A DNA stretch of 64,000 nucleotides from NCBI GenBank assembly GCA_963737155.1, contig CAVTRN010000002.1:544001-608000 (forward strand), given 5' to 3'. The DNA comes from Nitrospirota bacterium. GTDB taxonomy: Bacteria > Nitrospirota > UBA9217. How positions within the stretch are numbered: position 1 is the first letter of the stretch; the number at the start of each line of letters is the position of its first letter. The notes beneath the pieces are model-generated. The model saw only the letters and a program-made list of their open reading frames with translations. It was not told the origin of the DNA and searched no databases. Of this stretch, positions 52,453-62,213 are shown one piece after another. The position numbers were made by a program, and so were the translations under genes.

Positions 52453-53145
52453 TCAGAGCCCCATGCCGGCCAGTTCCTCGCGGGTGATCAAACCTTTTTC
52501 AATAAGGAGAGCGATGAGTGCGTCAAGTTGCACCTTGTTATCTTTTATCTCCAGGTCCAATGTATTTTCATTGGATAGCGAGGGAGAGGCCACATCACTT
52601 GGTTCAATTTTCGGCGTATTCAGATCGTTTCCATGGAGAATTTCCATGTTCACGCCAGAGCCAGGATTTTGTAGATGATATGGCGAGCCCGTTGATAGTT
52701 TGCGGGCAAAGTCCTCGTGATCATAATATTTCCTGATGGCGTCACTGATCTCGGACTCCAGGGCAAGGGCAGGTTTTATATTCAGACCCGTAATGAATCG
52801 GATCCCATCTATGGACTCGATGTCGAGGGGGTCTGACATAACAAGCACGAGTGTGCCCTTATCCTTTCGTGCGGGCAACACCCGGTATTTCTTCGCAACT
52901 TCAGGCTTAATGAGTTTAATGACGCTCTCGGGGATCTCGGGATCGAAAGGATTGACGTACGGAACCCTCAGTATTTCGGAAAGAACCCGTGCAAGGTCTT
53001 CCTCCTTGATAAATTCCATCTCAATCAGGATGGAGCCTAGTTTCCCTCCCCAATTTCGCTGGCGTGAAAGTGCCGACTGAAGCTGAAGGTCATCGATGAG
53101 TCCTGCTTCCTTCAGGATGACCCCGAGTTTCCTGATCTCGACCAT
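52453..53145 (-). CDS. stand-alone MshEN / GspE-PilB N-terminal domain protein
   Basis: RKLGVILKEAGLI...LQSALSRQ and KLGSILIEM..., VMSDPLD; no ATPase domain. Confidence 0.85.
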   Translation of the reverse strand: MVEIRKLGVILKEAGLIDDLQLQSALSRQRNWGGKLGSILIEMEFIKEEDLARVLSEILRVPYVNPFDPEIPESVIKLIKPEVAKKYRVLPARKDKGTLVLVMSDPLDIESIDGIRFITGLNIKPALALESEISDAIRKYYDHEDFARKLSTGSPYHLQNPGSGVNMEILHGNDLNTPKIEPSDVASPSLSNENTLDLEIKDNKVQLDALIALLIEKGLITREELAGMGL

Positions 53146-54234
53146 AGCGTCGACCTCCCATCATGAGAATGTGTTCTCGAACCGACTTTATATTATTGTC
53201 CCCGCATGCATATTATTTATTGAAAGCGTTCCATATCTTAAAACATGTTCTCATCCAGTTCTTCTGCATTCAAGCTGCCATAGCACGTGTAAGGGCAAAC
53301 GGTGAAGAAGTATATTCCCCTTCAGTGTGAGAATTTTGACGCACTATTTGACGATGGTTAGAATTATTTTGTTCCTCTCTAAAAATAATATAATATTTAA
53401 ACTGCAGATTGGATGTGGGGATAGTAAATAACTAGCTAAAGCCGCATCCAAATATTCCAAAATAACGCCTTTATTACCTTACAATCCGTACTGAAAACTC
53501 TGGGGTGCTTCCGTTAGCATTTACGATCGTAGGTGTTGAGGAAATGATTAGATGAGAGAGACGTCGGCAGAGAATGATCTGTTTTCCCGAGGGGAACCCA
53601 ACGTTCACGTGCTGTTATGTGGCCGTATTCGTCCGCTTCCATCGCGTGGTCTGGACAAATATAAAAGGGTAAATCGCCTCGCTATTATATTAGCAAGCAG
53701 GACACTTGCCCATGCTGTGATTCGGAGGGGGCAAAAACATCCAGTTCCCCTTTATCCAAGTTGATAGCAGCAGATGTTATGTGAATAAGGAACATGAGCC
53801 AATCCGATTATTCTTGATAAGCTATAATTATATGACCAAGATTAGCAAAAATTGATATACTTTGCAAGATAATAAATAAGTATATATGCAGTAACGCGGC
53901 GAGAATATGTACTTTTAACAGTATTTGCTAAAAATTCCCGGACATGGCAAGAATCATGATATATCTGGTCCATTAGCCCGGAGGACCGTAGCGGGGATCA
54001 TGATTCGTGCTGCTTCCACCATAAGCTAGTCCTGCCCAGCTTCCTTTTTTAGAGGCCTATCGTGAATTATAACAGAAGCGGGAAAGGGGGGAAGCAATAA
54101 CTTGATTGGAATAAGTGGCTGTGATAATGTATCATTTATTTTCAAAAAGTTGGGGAGCCAGATTGAGAAGCATTGATGAGCAAAGGTAAGCGTCAAATAA
54201 CAGATTATCTTAGAACGCAATGTGGGGAACCAAA

Positions 54235-54852
54235 ATGGATTATGTTACGAATAACATATTGAATACGATGTCAGGTTTTACCTTTATCTTAGGTATAGTC
54301 GAGTGTTTTTTTGGATATAGAATGTTAAAAATAATATTGGGCGTTACGGGCTTTATTGTTGGTGGTTGGCTGTGTGCAGGGCTTCTTTATGAAATCGTGG
54401 GAAGGCATCCCGTGATGGCGTTAATAGCGGGACTAGTTGGCGGAGCGATTGGAAGCTCATTGATGATTGGTCTTTTTTTCCTGGGATTATTTATCTTAGG
54501 CACAGCGCTTGGATTATTAGTTGGCGGAGCTATGAGCGCATGTATATTTGGTTCGGCTGATCCAATAATTATAGTTCCGCTTGCAATTGTTGGTGGTATT
54601 GCAACGATAATTTTGTCAAAAAGTATGATCATCATTTCGACATCTTTTACCGGTGCGTATTTAATTGTATTCTCAGTCGGCAATTTTATAGGTATGCCAA
54701 ACATAATATCCCTATTCCGGCGAACTAATGGATTGAGAGAATATGGTGGTCAATTCTTTATCATGTTATTGTTTTGTTTTCTCGTAGGGATTACCGGGAT
54801 ATTTGTTCAGTATAAACATAAATATACGGCAACGTCAGCAGGGACAGGATGA
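54235..54852 (+). CDS. DUF4203/TMEM198-like membrane protein
   Basis: CFFGYRM, Gly-rich TMs, TSFTGAYL, GIFVQ. Confidence 0.8.
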   Translation: MDYVTNNILNTMSGFTFILGIVECFFGYRMLKIILGVTGFIVGGWLCAGLLYEIVGRHPVMALIAGLVGGAIGSSLMIGLFFLGLFILGTALGLLVGGAMSACIFGSADPIIIVPLAIVGGIATIILSKSMIIISTSFTGAYLIVFSVGNFIGMPNIISLFRRTNGLREYGGQFFIMLLFCFLVGITGIFVQYKHKYTATSAGTG

Positions 54853-55192
54853 TCGGAAGAAACTCAAGCGCGACCGATATAGTCTCTTATCGCTATAAAT
54901 TACCTCGTTAAACTTTGGCTCCGAGAATCGATTTAGAAAAAAGTCTTTCTATCTCCAAATGTATTTCCCTTGATACAACGGTCTTATAAACATGCCCTTT
55001 GCGAGTCGGTAGGCTTACTGGGACACCCCTTCTTTTTCCTTCGCGATATTACTTAATCAAGCCATGCAGCAAGCTGTGAATCCTAAGCATCAAAGAAAAA
55101 AATATTACAACGGGTGAGCGTTTCTATCGAGAGGGTGGAATACTGTTAATATTTATATTGTATAATATAATTTTATATGATATAATGTATTT

Positions 55193-55759
55193 ATGAAGCT
55201 AAGCGTATGGGCAAAGCAACAAGGTATAACCTATCAAGCGGCATGGAAATGGTGGAAGGCTGGCAAGCTGCCGGTTGAGGCTGAGCAGATGCCTACCGGA
55301 ACCATCATTATAAAAGAGCAGAAAACTGCCCAAGGTTCTGTTGCTCTTTATGCCCGGGTATCCAGTCATGACCAAAAGAAAGACCTGGACGGGCAGCTCG
55401 GGCGGCTTTCCGTATATGCCGCTTCCAAAGGGTTGTCAGTTTCAAAAGCGGTGTCTGAGGTTGGATCTGGTCTTAATGGGCACAGGCCAAAACTCATGAA
55501 GCTGCTTGCCGACTCCAACGTCAGTATTATTGTCGCCTTGCATCGTGACCGGCTTATGCGGTTTGGATCTGAGTATGTAGAATCGGCACTTCGAGCTCAA
55601 GGTCGTCAACTTATTATTGTAGACCAGACCGAGCTAAAGGACGATCTGGTGCAGGACATGATTGAAGTATTGACATCGTTTTGCGCAAGGCTCTACGGAC
55701 GCCGGTCAGCGGCCAATAAAGCAAAAAAAGCTCTGGAGGCCATGGAAAATGGCAAGTAA
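55193..55759 (+). CDS. tnpA: IS607 transposase (serine recombinase)
   Basis: YARVSS and other motifs as in copy 1; four residues differ. Confidence 0.95.
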   Translation: MKLSVWAKQQGITYQAAWKWWKAGKLPVEAEQMPTGTIIIKEQKTAQGSVALYARVSSHDQKKDLDGQLGRLSVYAASKGLSVSKAVSEVGSGLNGHRPKLMKLLADSNVSIIVALHRDRLMRFGSEYVESALRAQGRQLIIVDQTELKDDLVQDMIEVLTSFCARLYGRRSAANKAKKALEAMENGK

Positions 55760-57437
55760 TAAGGATAAAATGGGCAAGAGCGGCAAAAGTGAAGCACTTT
55801 CTTTTACCGCTCAAACTTTGCTGGTTGACATGTCTTACCTGGACACAAAGAAGTCTCTTTATCATGTTCTTGACGATATCGGCGACTCATACGGGCACAT
55901 CAAACGCTCTCTCTTTAAAGACAGCGTTCGTTCCGGCAACAAACCCATTTCATTCAAAAATGAGTATCTTGTCAGGTATGGTATCACCGCCCGGCAGTTT
56001 AACGCTATCCGCTACGATCTTGACGGCAATATCAGCTCCGCGGTTGAGGTATTAAAACTACGGGTTGAAAAGCTCGAGCACAAAATAAAATCTGCGAGAA
56101 AATGGATTAAAACCAGAGAGAACCGTATCATTGACATACGCAAAGACAAAAAATTGTCCGAATATGAAAAAACGACCAGCGTGGATTCTCTCCGTTTTGC
56201 GGTCCACAACAAAAAACGGAAGCTCCATTCATCGGAGCAGAAACTGGAAAAGCTGAAATACGATTTGGACAAAGGCCGAATCAGGATTTGCTTTGGGACA
56301 AAGAAACTTTTCCACAAGCAGTTTAACCTTTCTGAAAACGGTTATAAATCCCACAATAACTGGCTGTCTGCCTGGAAGGCTGCCCGAAGCTCTTCGTCGT
56401 TTTGTCTGGGATCGAAGGATGAAACGGCCGGCAACCAGACCTGCACGCTTGGCATCGACGGGTCGCTCAGGATACGGGTCCCAAACTATCTTGCCAAAAA
56501 ATACGGTAAACACATCATGGTGCCTACCGTAACATATCCTTACGGGCAGGAATATATTGAGCAGGCACTCCTGCGCAGCCAGGCAATCACCCACCGTTTT
56601 GTCCGTGGCGAGAAAGGTTGGTATCTGTATTCATCGGTTGATATCCCCCAAAGAGAAACAGTTACCGGGAAACCGCAAGAAATCGGATGTATTGGCGTAG
56701 ATGCAAACGAAAAAGAGATTGCTGTTTCCGAGACTGACCGGTTCGGCAATTTTGTCTGGCACACAACGTATCCTGCATGTATAAAAAACAGAACCACGGA
56801 ACAGACCGTGGCAACTTACGGTGATATCTGCGTCGGCATTATCGACCGGTCAATTAAAACCGGGAAACCCGTCGCTCATGAAACTCTTGACTTCGAAAAG
56901 AAGAAAGCATCTCTTAAGGAACAGGGAGTAACGTATGCGCGGATGCTGTCCGGGTTCGCCTATTCCATCTTTTTAAACATGCTTGACCGCAGAGCATTTA
57001 AGGCAGGCGTCGGTGTGCTCTCCGTGAATCCTGCTTACACATCCGTTATCGGCAGAAACAATTATATGTCTTTTCATGGCATCTCGCCGCATGAAGCAGC
57101 GGCGCTTGCTATCGCGAGAAGAGTTCAAGGATATCCCGAGTCTCCCATACCAGGCAGAACCGCCTCCCCTCTACCTGTAAGGAATCGAGAGGAGCACATC
57201 TGGAAGTTTTGGAGCAAGATGAAGACTCGGGGAGGTTGTGGAAATCATCACAGTCTCTACCAACGACGGTCCTTACAGGACTCCCCAGGCTGCGCTGAAA
57301 TGCAGAAGAAGCCATCATCCCGTCGACAGCGCAATTCTCCGGGCCACCTGCCAGCAGCAGTCTTGCTGAAAAGGCGCCAGAAGCAATCCCGATCAGCAAA
57401 CAACGGGACTTGGGCGAATCAGGGCGGGAATCCCTGA
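55749..57437 (+). CDS. tnpB: large TnpB-related RNA-guided nuclease
   Basis: RuvC-I IGVDANE, RuvC-II AHETLDF, VNPAYTSVIG, RuvC-III region HEAAALAIARR; overlaps tnpA. Confidence 0.9.
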   Translation: MASNKDKMGKSGKSEALSFTAQTLLVDMSYLDTKKSLYHVLDDIGDSYGHIKRSLFKDSVRSGNKPISFKNEYLVRYGITARQFNAIRYDLDGNISSAVEVLKLRVEKLEHKIKSARKWIKTRENRIIDIRKDKKLSEYEKTTSVDSLRFAVHNKKRKLHSSEQKLEKLKYDLDKGRIRICFGTKKLFHKQFNLSENGYKSHNNWLSAWKAARSSSSFCLGSKDETAGNQTCTLGIDGSLRIRVPNYLAKKYGKHIMVPTVTYPYGQEYIEQALLRSQAITHRFVRGEKGWYLYSSVDIPQRETVTGKPQEIGCIGVDANEKEIAVSETDRFGNFVWHTTYPACIKNRTTEQTVATYGDICVGIIDRSIKTGKPVAHETLDFEKKKASLKEQGVTYARMLSGFAYSIFLNMLDRRAFKAGVGVLSVNPAYTSVIGRNNYMSFHGISPHEAAALAIARRVQGYPESPIPGRTASPLPVRNREEHIWKFWSKMKTRGGCGNHHSLYQRRSLQDSPGCAEMQKKPSSRRQRNSPGHLPAAVLLKRRQKQSRSANNGTWANQGGNP

Positions 57438-57530
57438 CGTTAACCGGCAGCAGCACTGTTCGGCTGCCGTCATAGTTATGAGAAATAAAATACTATGTTT
57501 TTAGGAACGGTGATAGAGAATTCCAGCCCC
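57280..57530 (+). ncRNA. putative omegaRNA (reRNA) scaffold plus flanking guide; 5' end unknown
   Basis: Located over the tnpB 3' end up to the right end; hairpins such as CGGCAGC..GCTGCCG (57446-57469) and TCAGGG..CCCTGA. Inferred from TnpB biology. Confidence 0.5.
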
Positions 57531-57681
57531 GCAATAACTATGGCCCAGATGTATTCAATGGTGACATCGGCATAATAAGGCGGATTGATTCAGAAAACTA
57601 CTTCTGCTTGATTCAATTAGGCAACCAGATGATTGAGACGCCTGAAGTGATTGCGGGTTATTCAAATAGCATTTTTTCAGG

Positions 57682-59439
57682 TCAGTAGGCGTAGTAGGGT
57701 CCTGTGCCCAGTTTGGATTCTTGCCCTTCAATTCCCACATAAATGCTTTGTCCGAAATAGAACGGAAGCCCCCAGTCGAAAAAATTCGCAGATGGAGGTA
57801 CAGGACCGCCGATATTAGAGAACACCTTGTTGGACGAATTTATGAGACTGTCAAAATTGCCAATTTGAAAGGAAACATTGTTGATCGGTGTTCCCAAATA
57901 CCCTGTATTCTCAGCGGATAGGGTTATCGTGGACGCGGGACAGAACCAACTCGGATTATCTCCGCATAGCGGAATCTGGCTAGATGGCGCGGTGAAAAAC
58001 AGGCCGTTTGAGCCGCTATCTATAACGCCGCCATAGGATACGCCGTTAAAGATAGTCAAGATTTCCCCATAATTTTGGCTGGTACTATTTACATCGTCAA
58101 CGCTAAACATCGTAGCCCCGCTGGACGCATTATTTGTACGTGTGTCTATCCCGAGTACAAGGTTGCCATTGACTGAGAGTGATCCGCTTGATGGAACGGT
58201 CGGCAGCTGGACAATCACACCGTTGTTATCTGTAGGGAGGCTCACTACGGGATTGGAAACTTGATTGGCAAGCGGTACTGTAGTAGGATTGCAAACTGTC
58301 CCACTGCATGTGTAATAGATTCCGACCGCATTGCTGCTTACGCATATCGGACCGCAGTCCTGGCCAAAGAGGCCGACGCCGAGGATGCCGCTAAATCCCG
58401 CATCTGCCGGGCTTTGGTCAGGGGTGCCGCATGACGCAGGGTTGCCGAACGTAGCATCAATGACTTGAATTGGGACATTAATTGCAGGCTCATTCCCCAG
58501 GACCACACCCGCCAATTCTACCGGTCCCCAATCGGACGAGCCGTCTGCGAACAGAGCGCAGTTAGTAAGCGAACCGCTACCGCTTGCTATCGTTTGCAGA
58601 GGTACAGTCAACACTTGTTTGAAGATCCGCAGCCCGTAGCTTCCGGTATCCAGAAGAATGTCGTTAATAGTCTGACAGGCGGTAGTGGACCCAGGTGTGC
58701 AGATCGTAACGCTGACGCAGGGTTTGTTAATATATCCGGCGGAAGTGCTGGCTGAGCAGAGTGAGCCGTTCACGGTGATGGGCATCACATTAATGACGGG
58801 AGCTGTTTCGCTGATTACAGTCAGCGTAGTAGTTCCTGGTACGTTTTCTGACGTGGCTGTAATCGTCGTGGCGCCTGTGGAAACCGAAGTAGCCAGGCCG
58901 TTGGAGCCGGCAGTATTGCTTATCGTCGCAACTGACGTGGACGCTGAACTCCACAGCACTGACCCTGTCACGTTTTGCGTCGTATTGTCGGAGAAGGTTC
59001 CTGTGGCTGTAAATTGCTGTGTTGTACCGAGGACAATGCTCGGATTGGTCGGCGTAACCGAAATGGATACAATTGTCGCCCCGGTAATGGTCAAAGTTGT
59101 GGAGCCCAAAATCCCGCCTGAAGCGGCTGTTATGGTGGTAGAACCCGTCCCGACAGATGTGGCCAGGCCATTGGAGCCGGCCGTATTGCTTATCGTAGCA
59201 ACTAACGCCGACGTTGAACTCCACGTCACTGACTCTGTTAAGTTGTGTGTTGTATTGTCGGAGAAGGTTCCTGTAGCTGTAAACTGCTGCATCGTACTGA
59301 GGGCAATAATCGGATTGATCGGCGTCACAGAAATGGATACAAGCGTTGGTGCAGGTGCGCTCGACCCTCCGCCCGAACCCCCGCAACCAGCCAGCAGTAT
59401 AATGGTCAGCAAAAAAAACGGAACTCTATTTGATATCAC
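57682..59439 (-). CDS. lipoprotein with two Big_2 repeats and a DUF3443 (pepsin-like) domain
   Basis: Lipobox LAGC, two 90-aa repeats, NKPCVSVTIC.PGS..CQTI, LLDTGSYG, IDSGSNG, FDWGLPFYFG. Confidence 0.85.
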   Translation of the reverse strand: MISNRVPFFLLTIILLAGCGGSGGGSSAPAPTLVSISVTPINPIIALSTMQQFTATGTFSDNTTHNLTESVTWSSTSALVATISNTAGSNGLATSVGTGSTTITAASGGILGSTTLTITGATIVSISVTPTNPSIVLGTTQQFTATGTFSDNTTQNVTGSVLWSSASTSVATISNTAGSNGLATSVSTGATTITATSENVPGTTTLTVISETAPVINVMPITVNGSLCSASTSAGYINKPCVSVTICTPGSTTACQTINDILLDTGSYGLRIFKQVLTVPLQTIASGSGSLTNCALFADGSSDWGPVELAGVVLGNEPAINVPIQVIDATFGNPASCGTPDQSPADAGFSGILGVGLFGQDCGPICVSSNAVGIYYTCSGTVCNPTTVPLANQVSNPVVSLPTDNNGVIVQLPTVPSSGSLSVNGNLVLGIDTRTNNASSGATMFSVDDVNSTSQNYGEILTIFNGVSYGGVIDSGSNGLFFTAPSSQIPLCGDNPSWFCPASTITLSAENTGYLGTPINNVSFQIGNFDSLINSSNKVFSNIGGPVPPSANFFDWGLPFYFGQSIYVGIEGQESKLGTGPYYAY

Positions 59440-59790
59440 CTATCATAACTCCTTGAAGGATCGATGCAGGCGTATAAACGCGGCCTTGCAGGTTTTGCAT
59501 AATATCCTCATTTTTCCACGACAACGTGGGCAGTTTTAACTTGTTGGGTCCTGTGGCCCATGCGGGGTATCCGACGCTGCTCTTCCCGGTGTTCATTTAG
59601 CGTAGGAACCGAGCAACTGCGTCGGACAGGGAAAATAAAACTAATTCGTGTAAATCCGAATACGTTGCCCGATGCGGGAAAATATTCTCTAAATAGTGAC
59701 TGCATCGGGCTCAAATTGCTGATCATTGTAGCTTCGACGGGTCATCGTTGTAGCGCTCCGCGTGGCCGATCGCGGCAAGACCATAAAGTT
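59426..59790 (-). pseudogene. DUF2844 relic
   Basis: REYFPASGNVFG | PTQLLGSYA | QVKTAHVVVEK*G | MQNLQGRVYTPASILQGVMIGDIK*, directly upstream of DUF3443. Confidence 0.7.
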
Positions 59791-59974
59791 GAGATAAGTT
59801 GCTCTATCCCTTGATAGCGGCAAATGCATGATACCCTGGTATATACCAGGCTTTCTCCGAAACCACCGGGTTTCTGCGCTAAACTCTTAATATAAGCTCT
59901 TGAAGGGCGTTTAACGTTTATCTCGGAGGAGTAGTGTCGCAAGCTACGCTTGTTGTTATCCCGCTAATTCCCGG

Positions 59975-61408
59975 CTAAGCCCCGGTTACGCCGGTACTTT
60001 GGCCTTTGCTTCTGGCGAGCGATGTTACGGCCGCTATTCCAGTCAGAGCGCCTCCCGTCACATAAGCGTATTTCAATCCTGTCAGGAAGGTGTCTGAATC
60101 CGCGCTGAGGAGAGACGCCTTTTGCAGGACAGAAGGCGAGGCGTAAGCAGACAGGATAGTACCTCCAGTGGCAATCCCCATCACCATCCCGACGGTCCGG
60201 ACTGTAGCGAGAATTCCGGAAGCTATCCCGAGGTGTTGCTTCGGGGCGCTCCCCATCACGGCACTGTTATTGGGGGATTGAAAAATGCCGGTACCCAGCC
60301 CGAAGACGGCCATTCTCCAGACAACATCCGTCGGGCCAGCAATGGCAGGCAATCGACTCATGAGAAACAGCGACAACGCGCACAGACCCGCGCCGATAAA
60401 GGCGAGCATGCTTGTGCCAATCCGGTCGGAAAGCGCACCGCTGAACGGCGCGACCGCCATGACGGCGATCGGGAACGACGTCATGATGAGGCCCATCCGG
60501 TTCACCTCAAAGTGCAGTACCCGCTGAAGGTAGAATGGCGTGAGAAAAACCATGATATACTGCGCCATATAAGTGAGGAGCGCGCTTATATTCGCCAAGG
60601 AGAATGTTACGCTCCGGAAAAGGCCGAGGTTGAGCATGGGCTCAGAAACGCGGCTCTCTTGCTTGATGAAAGCGGTAACAGCCACGATCGATGCAAGCAG
60701 CAGTAAAAACGTCATAAAGTTTGAAAGAGGGTTTTGAAAACGGTTGACCAACAGAAGAATGAAGAGCAGGGAAAGGCAGCCGAGGAACACTCCCGGCGTG
60801 TCAATTTTGGCGGCCCTTCCTTTGACGTTCGGGATAATGCGGCTCCCCCAGAATAGGGCAGCAATCCCGATCGGGATGTTGACCAGGAACACGAAGCGCC
60901 ATCCCAAAAGAGACGTAAGAAAGCCGCCGAGCGAGGGGCCTATTGCCAGCCCGGCCGAGATGCTTATCGCGTTGATGCCCAGGGCTTTGCCCCGTTCCCG
61001 GGGCGGGAAGGCGGCGGTTATGATGGCGAATGGCATGGACATCAACATTCCGGCGGCGAGTCCCTGGAGGGCACGGAATATGATAAGCCAATATATGGAT
61101 GGGGACAAGCCGCACAATGTGGAAGTAACGATGAAGCCAGCAAGGCCAGTCAGATAGATCTTCCTATACCCGAGGATATCGCCCAGCCGGCCGTAGAACA
61201 TGAGGAGACTGCCAATGGTGAGGAGATAGATCATCGGCACCCATTGAGCCACGGAAACCCCCACGCCGAAGTTTTGCGTGATCGTCGGAAGGACTACGTT
61301 AACGATGCTGGCGTCGATCGGCCCCATAATGGTGCCGACCATGACCGCGGCTACGATCGAGTAGCGTTTTGAATAATCTATGCCGGCTGAGTTTTCATTC
61401 ATTGACAT
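59975..61408 (-). CDS. DHA2-type (14-TM) MFS efflux transporter
   Basis: IDASIVNV, GRLGDILGYRK, RALQGL, GPSLGG..GWRFVFLVNIPIG; start uncertain by a few codons. Confidence 0.92.
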   Translation of the reverse strand: MSMNENSAGIDYSKRYSIVAAVMVGTIMGPIDASIVNVVLPTITQNFGVGVSVAQWVPMIYLLTIGSLLMFYGRLGDILGYRKIYLTGLAGFIVTSTLCGLSPSIYWLIIFRALQGLAAGMLMSMPFAIITAAFPPRERGKALGINAISISAGLAIGPSLGGFLTSLLGWRFVFLVNIPIGIAALFWGSRIIPNVKGRAAKIDTPGVFLGCLSLLFILLLVNRFQNPLSNFMTFLLLLASIVAVTAFIKQESRVSEPMLNLGLFRSVTFSLANISALLTYMAQYIMVFLTPFYLQRVLHFEVNRMGLIMTSFPIAVMAVAPFSGALSDRIGTSMLAFIGAGLCALSLFLMSRLPAIAGPTDVVWRMAVFGLGTGIFQSPNNSAVMGSAPKQHLGIASGILATVRTVGMVMGIATGGTILSAYASPSVLQKASLLSADSDTFLTGLKYAYVTGGALTGIAAVTSLARSKGQSTGVTGA

Positions 61409-61514
61409 TGGCAATATCGACGAAAATCATTACACATATTATGGGCTAAAAAGCACCAACTTTCAATAAAAAAAGGACGGGCTATCGTCGGGAAGTGCGG
61501 ATTTGGAATCATAC

Positions 61515-61770
61515 TCAGTCGTTCTGATTGCGGCAACGTATCGCAGGTCTCGACACTGTTCCCCGCAGTTAACGCCGCAACTGGCGATAAACTTGTCGGG
61601 GATGACAAATCCAACATAGTCCAAGGGCACCTCCATTGTCAAGCGCGAGCATATGTCCAAGCATATATCGGTCTGACGCTCCCGCGCTTTCGGTACGGCA
61701 TACTGTTTTAGCAGCCGGTCCGGAGTTTCTCCGGTCTCTTCCGGCAATATCAGTTTGATATTCTAATGTC
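61515..61770 (-). pseudogene. hpt: hypoxanthine phosphoribosyltransferase C-terminal relic
   Basis: VPLDYVGFVIPDKFIASCGVNCGEQCRDLRYV resembles the Hpt motif DYVGF.IPD.FVVGYGLDY.E.YR.L. Confidence 0.6.
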
Positions 61771-61841
61771 AGGACTTGATCCATTTATTTTTTTGTGATA
61801 TAAAGCCAAGTGCGGTGTTTCATAATTAAAGAGGAGGGGAT

Positions 61842-62090
61842 ATGGTAAAAAAATTCGTAATTGCTTTGATTGTTGTATTTCTTATGGGCGGTGCAGCAGG
61901 TAGTTGGGCAGCGTCGCATTGGCGGCATTGGGAGGCTGCCCTTGATGATTTGCGGCATGCAAAGATGGAGTTGGAAAAGAGTGAACACAATTTTGGAGGA
62001 CACAGAGACAAAGCTCTTGAGCACGTGCAGAAAGCTATTGAGGAAACTCGAATGGGTGTAGAGTACAACGAAAGAGAGCATCGTTATTAG
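61842..62090 (+). CDS. small exported helical protein
   Basis: Strong RBS, signal peptide, AL..L..A..EL...HNFGGHR.KAL. Confidence 0.75.
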   Translation: MVKKFVIALIVVFLMGGAAGSWAASHWRHWEAALDDLRHAKMELEKSEHNFGGHRDKALEHVQKAIEETRMGVEYNEREHRY

Positions 62091-62097
62091 CGAATAT

Positions 62098-62131
62098 GCA
62101 TCGGGACGGTTCAGACGAGCCGTCCCGATGC
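62098..62131. terminator. GC-rich hairpin between convergent genes
   Basis: GCATCGGGACGGTTC-AGAC-GAGCCGTCCCGATGC. Confidence 0.6.
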
Positions 62132-62213
62132 TTGTACTCAAGAAAACCCCCTATAGTCTGCGGCAGTTGTATCATTTGGGAATTGCGCTTTTCATGTCCT
62201 AATTCTTGCCAAT

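Larger units (their letters stand above)
55136..57510 (+). mobile_element. IS607-family element, copy 2 (complete, 2375 bp)
   Basis: No terminal IRs; GGTG at both junctions (55134-55137, 57509-57512); 20-bp-period repeats TTTATAT..TATAAT at 55152 and 55172. Confidence 0.93.
55050..57650 (+). pseudogene. recD2: recD2-like helicase fragment interrupted by IS607
   Basis: LNQAMQQAVNP | GERFYREG^DREFQPRNNYGPDVFNGDIGII reads through once the IS is removed. Confidence 0.75.

Noticed and set aside
53495-53620. TPP riboswitch suggested by GGGGTGCTT...TGAGAG
   Set aside because: Lacks the downstream CCTGA/GATAATGC/GCGTAGG core and has no thiamine gene downstream.
55136-55192. IStron (group I intron fused to IS607)
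   Set aside because: Only 57 AT-rich bp separate the left end from tnpA, too short for an intron core.
57437-57680. CRISPR array next to the large TnpB (type V-U system)
   Set aside because: No repeat-spacer pattern; the flank is a recD2 relic and the gene is inside an IS607.
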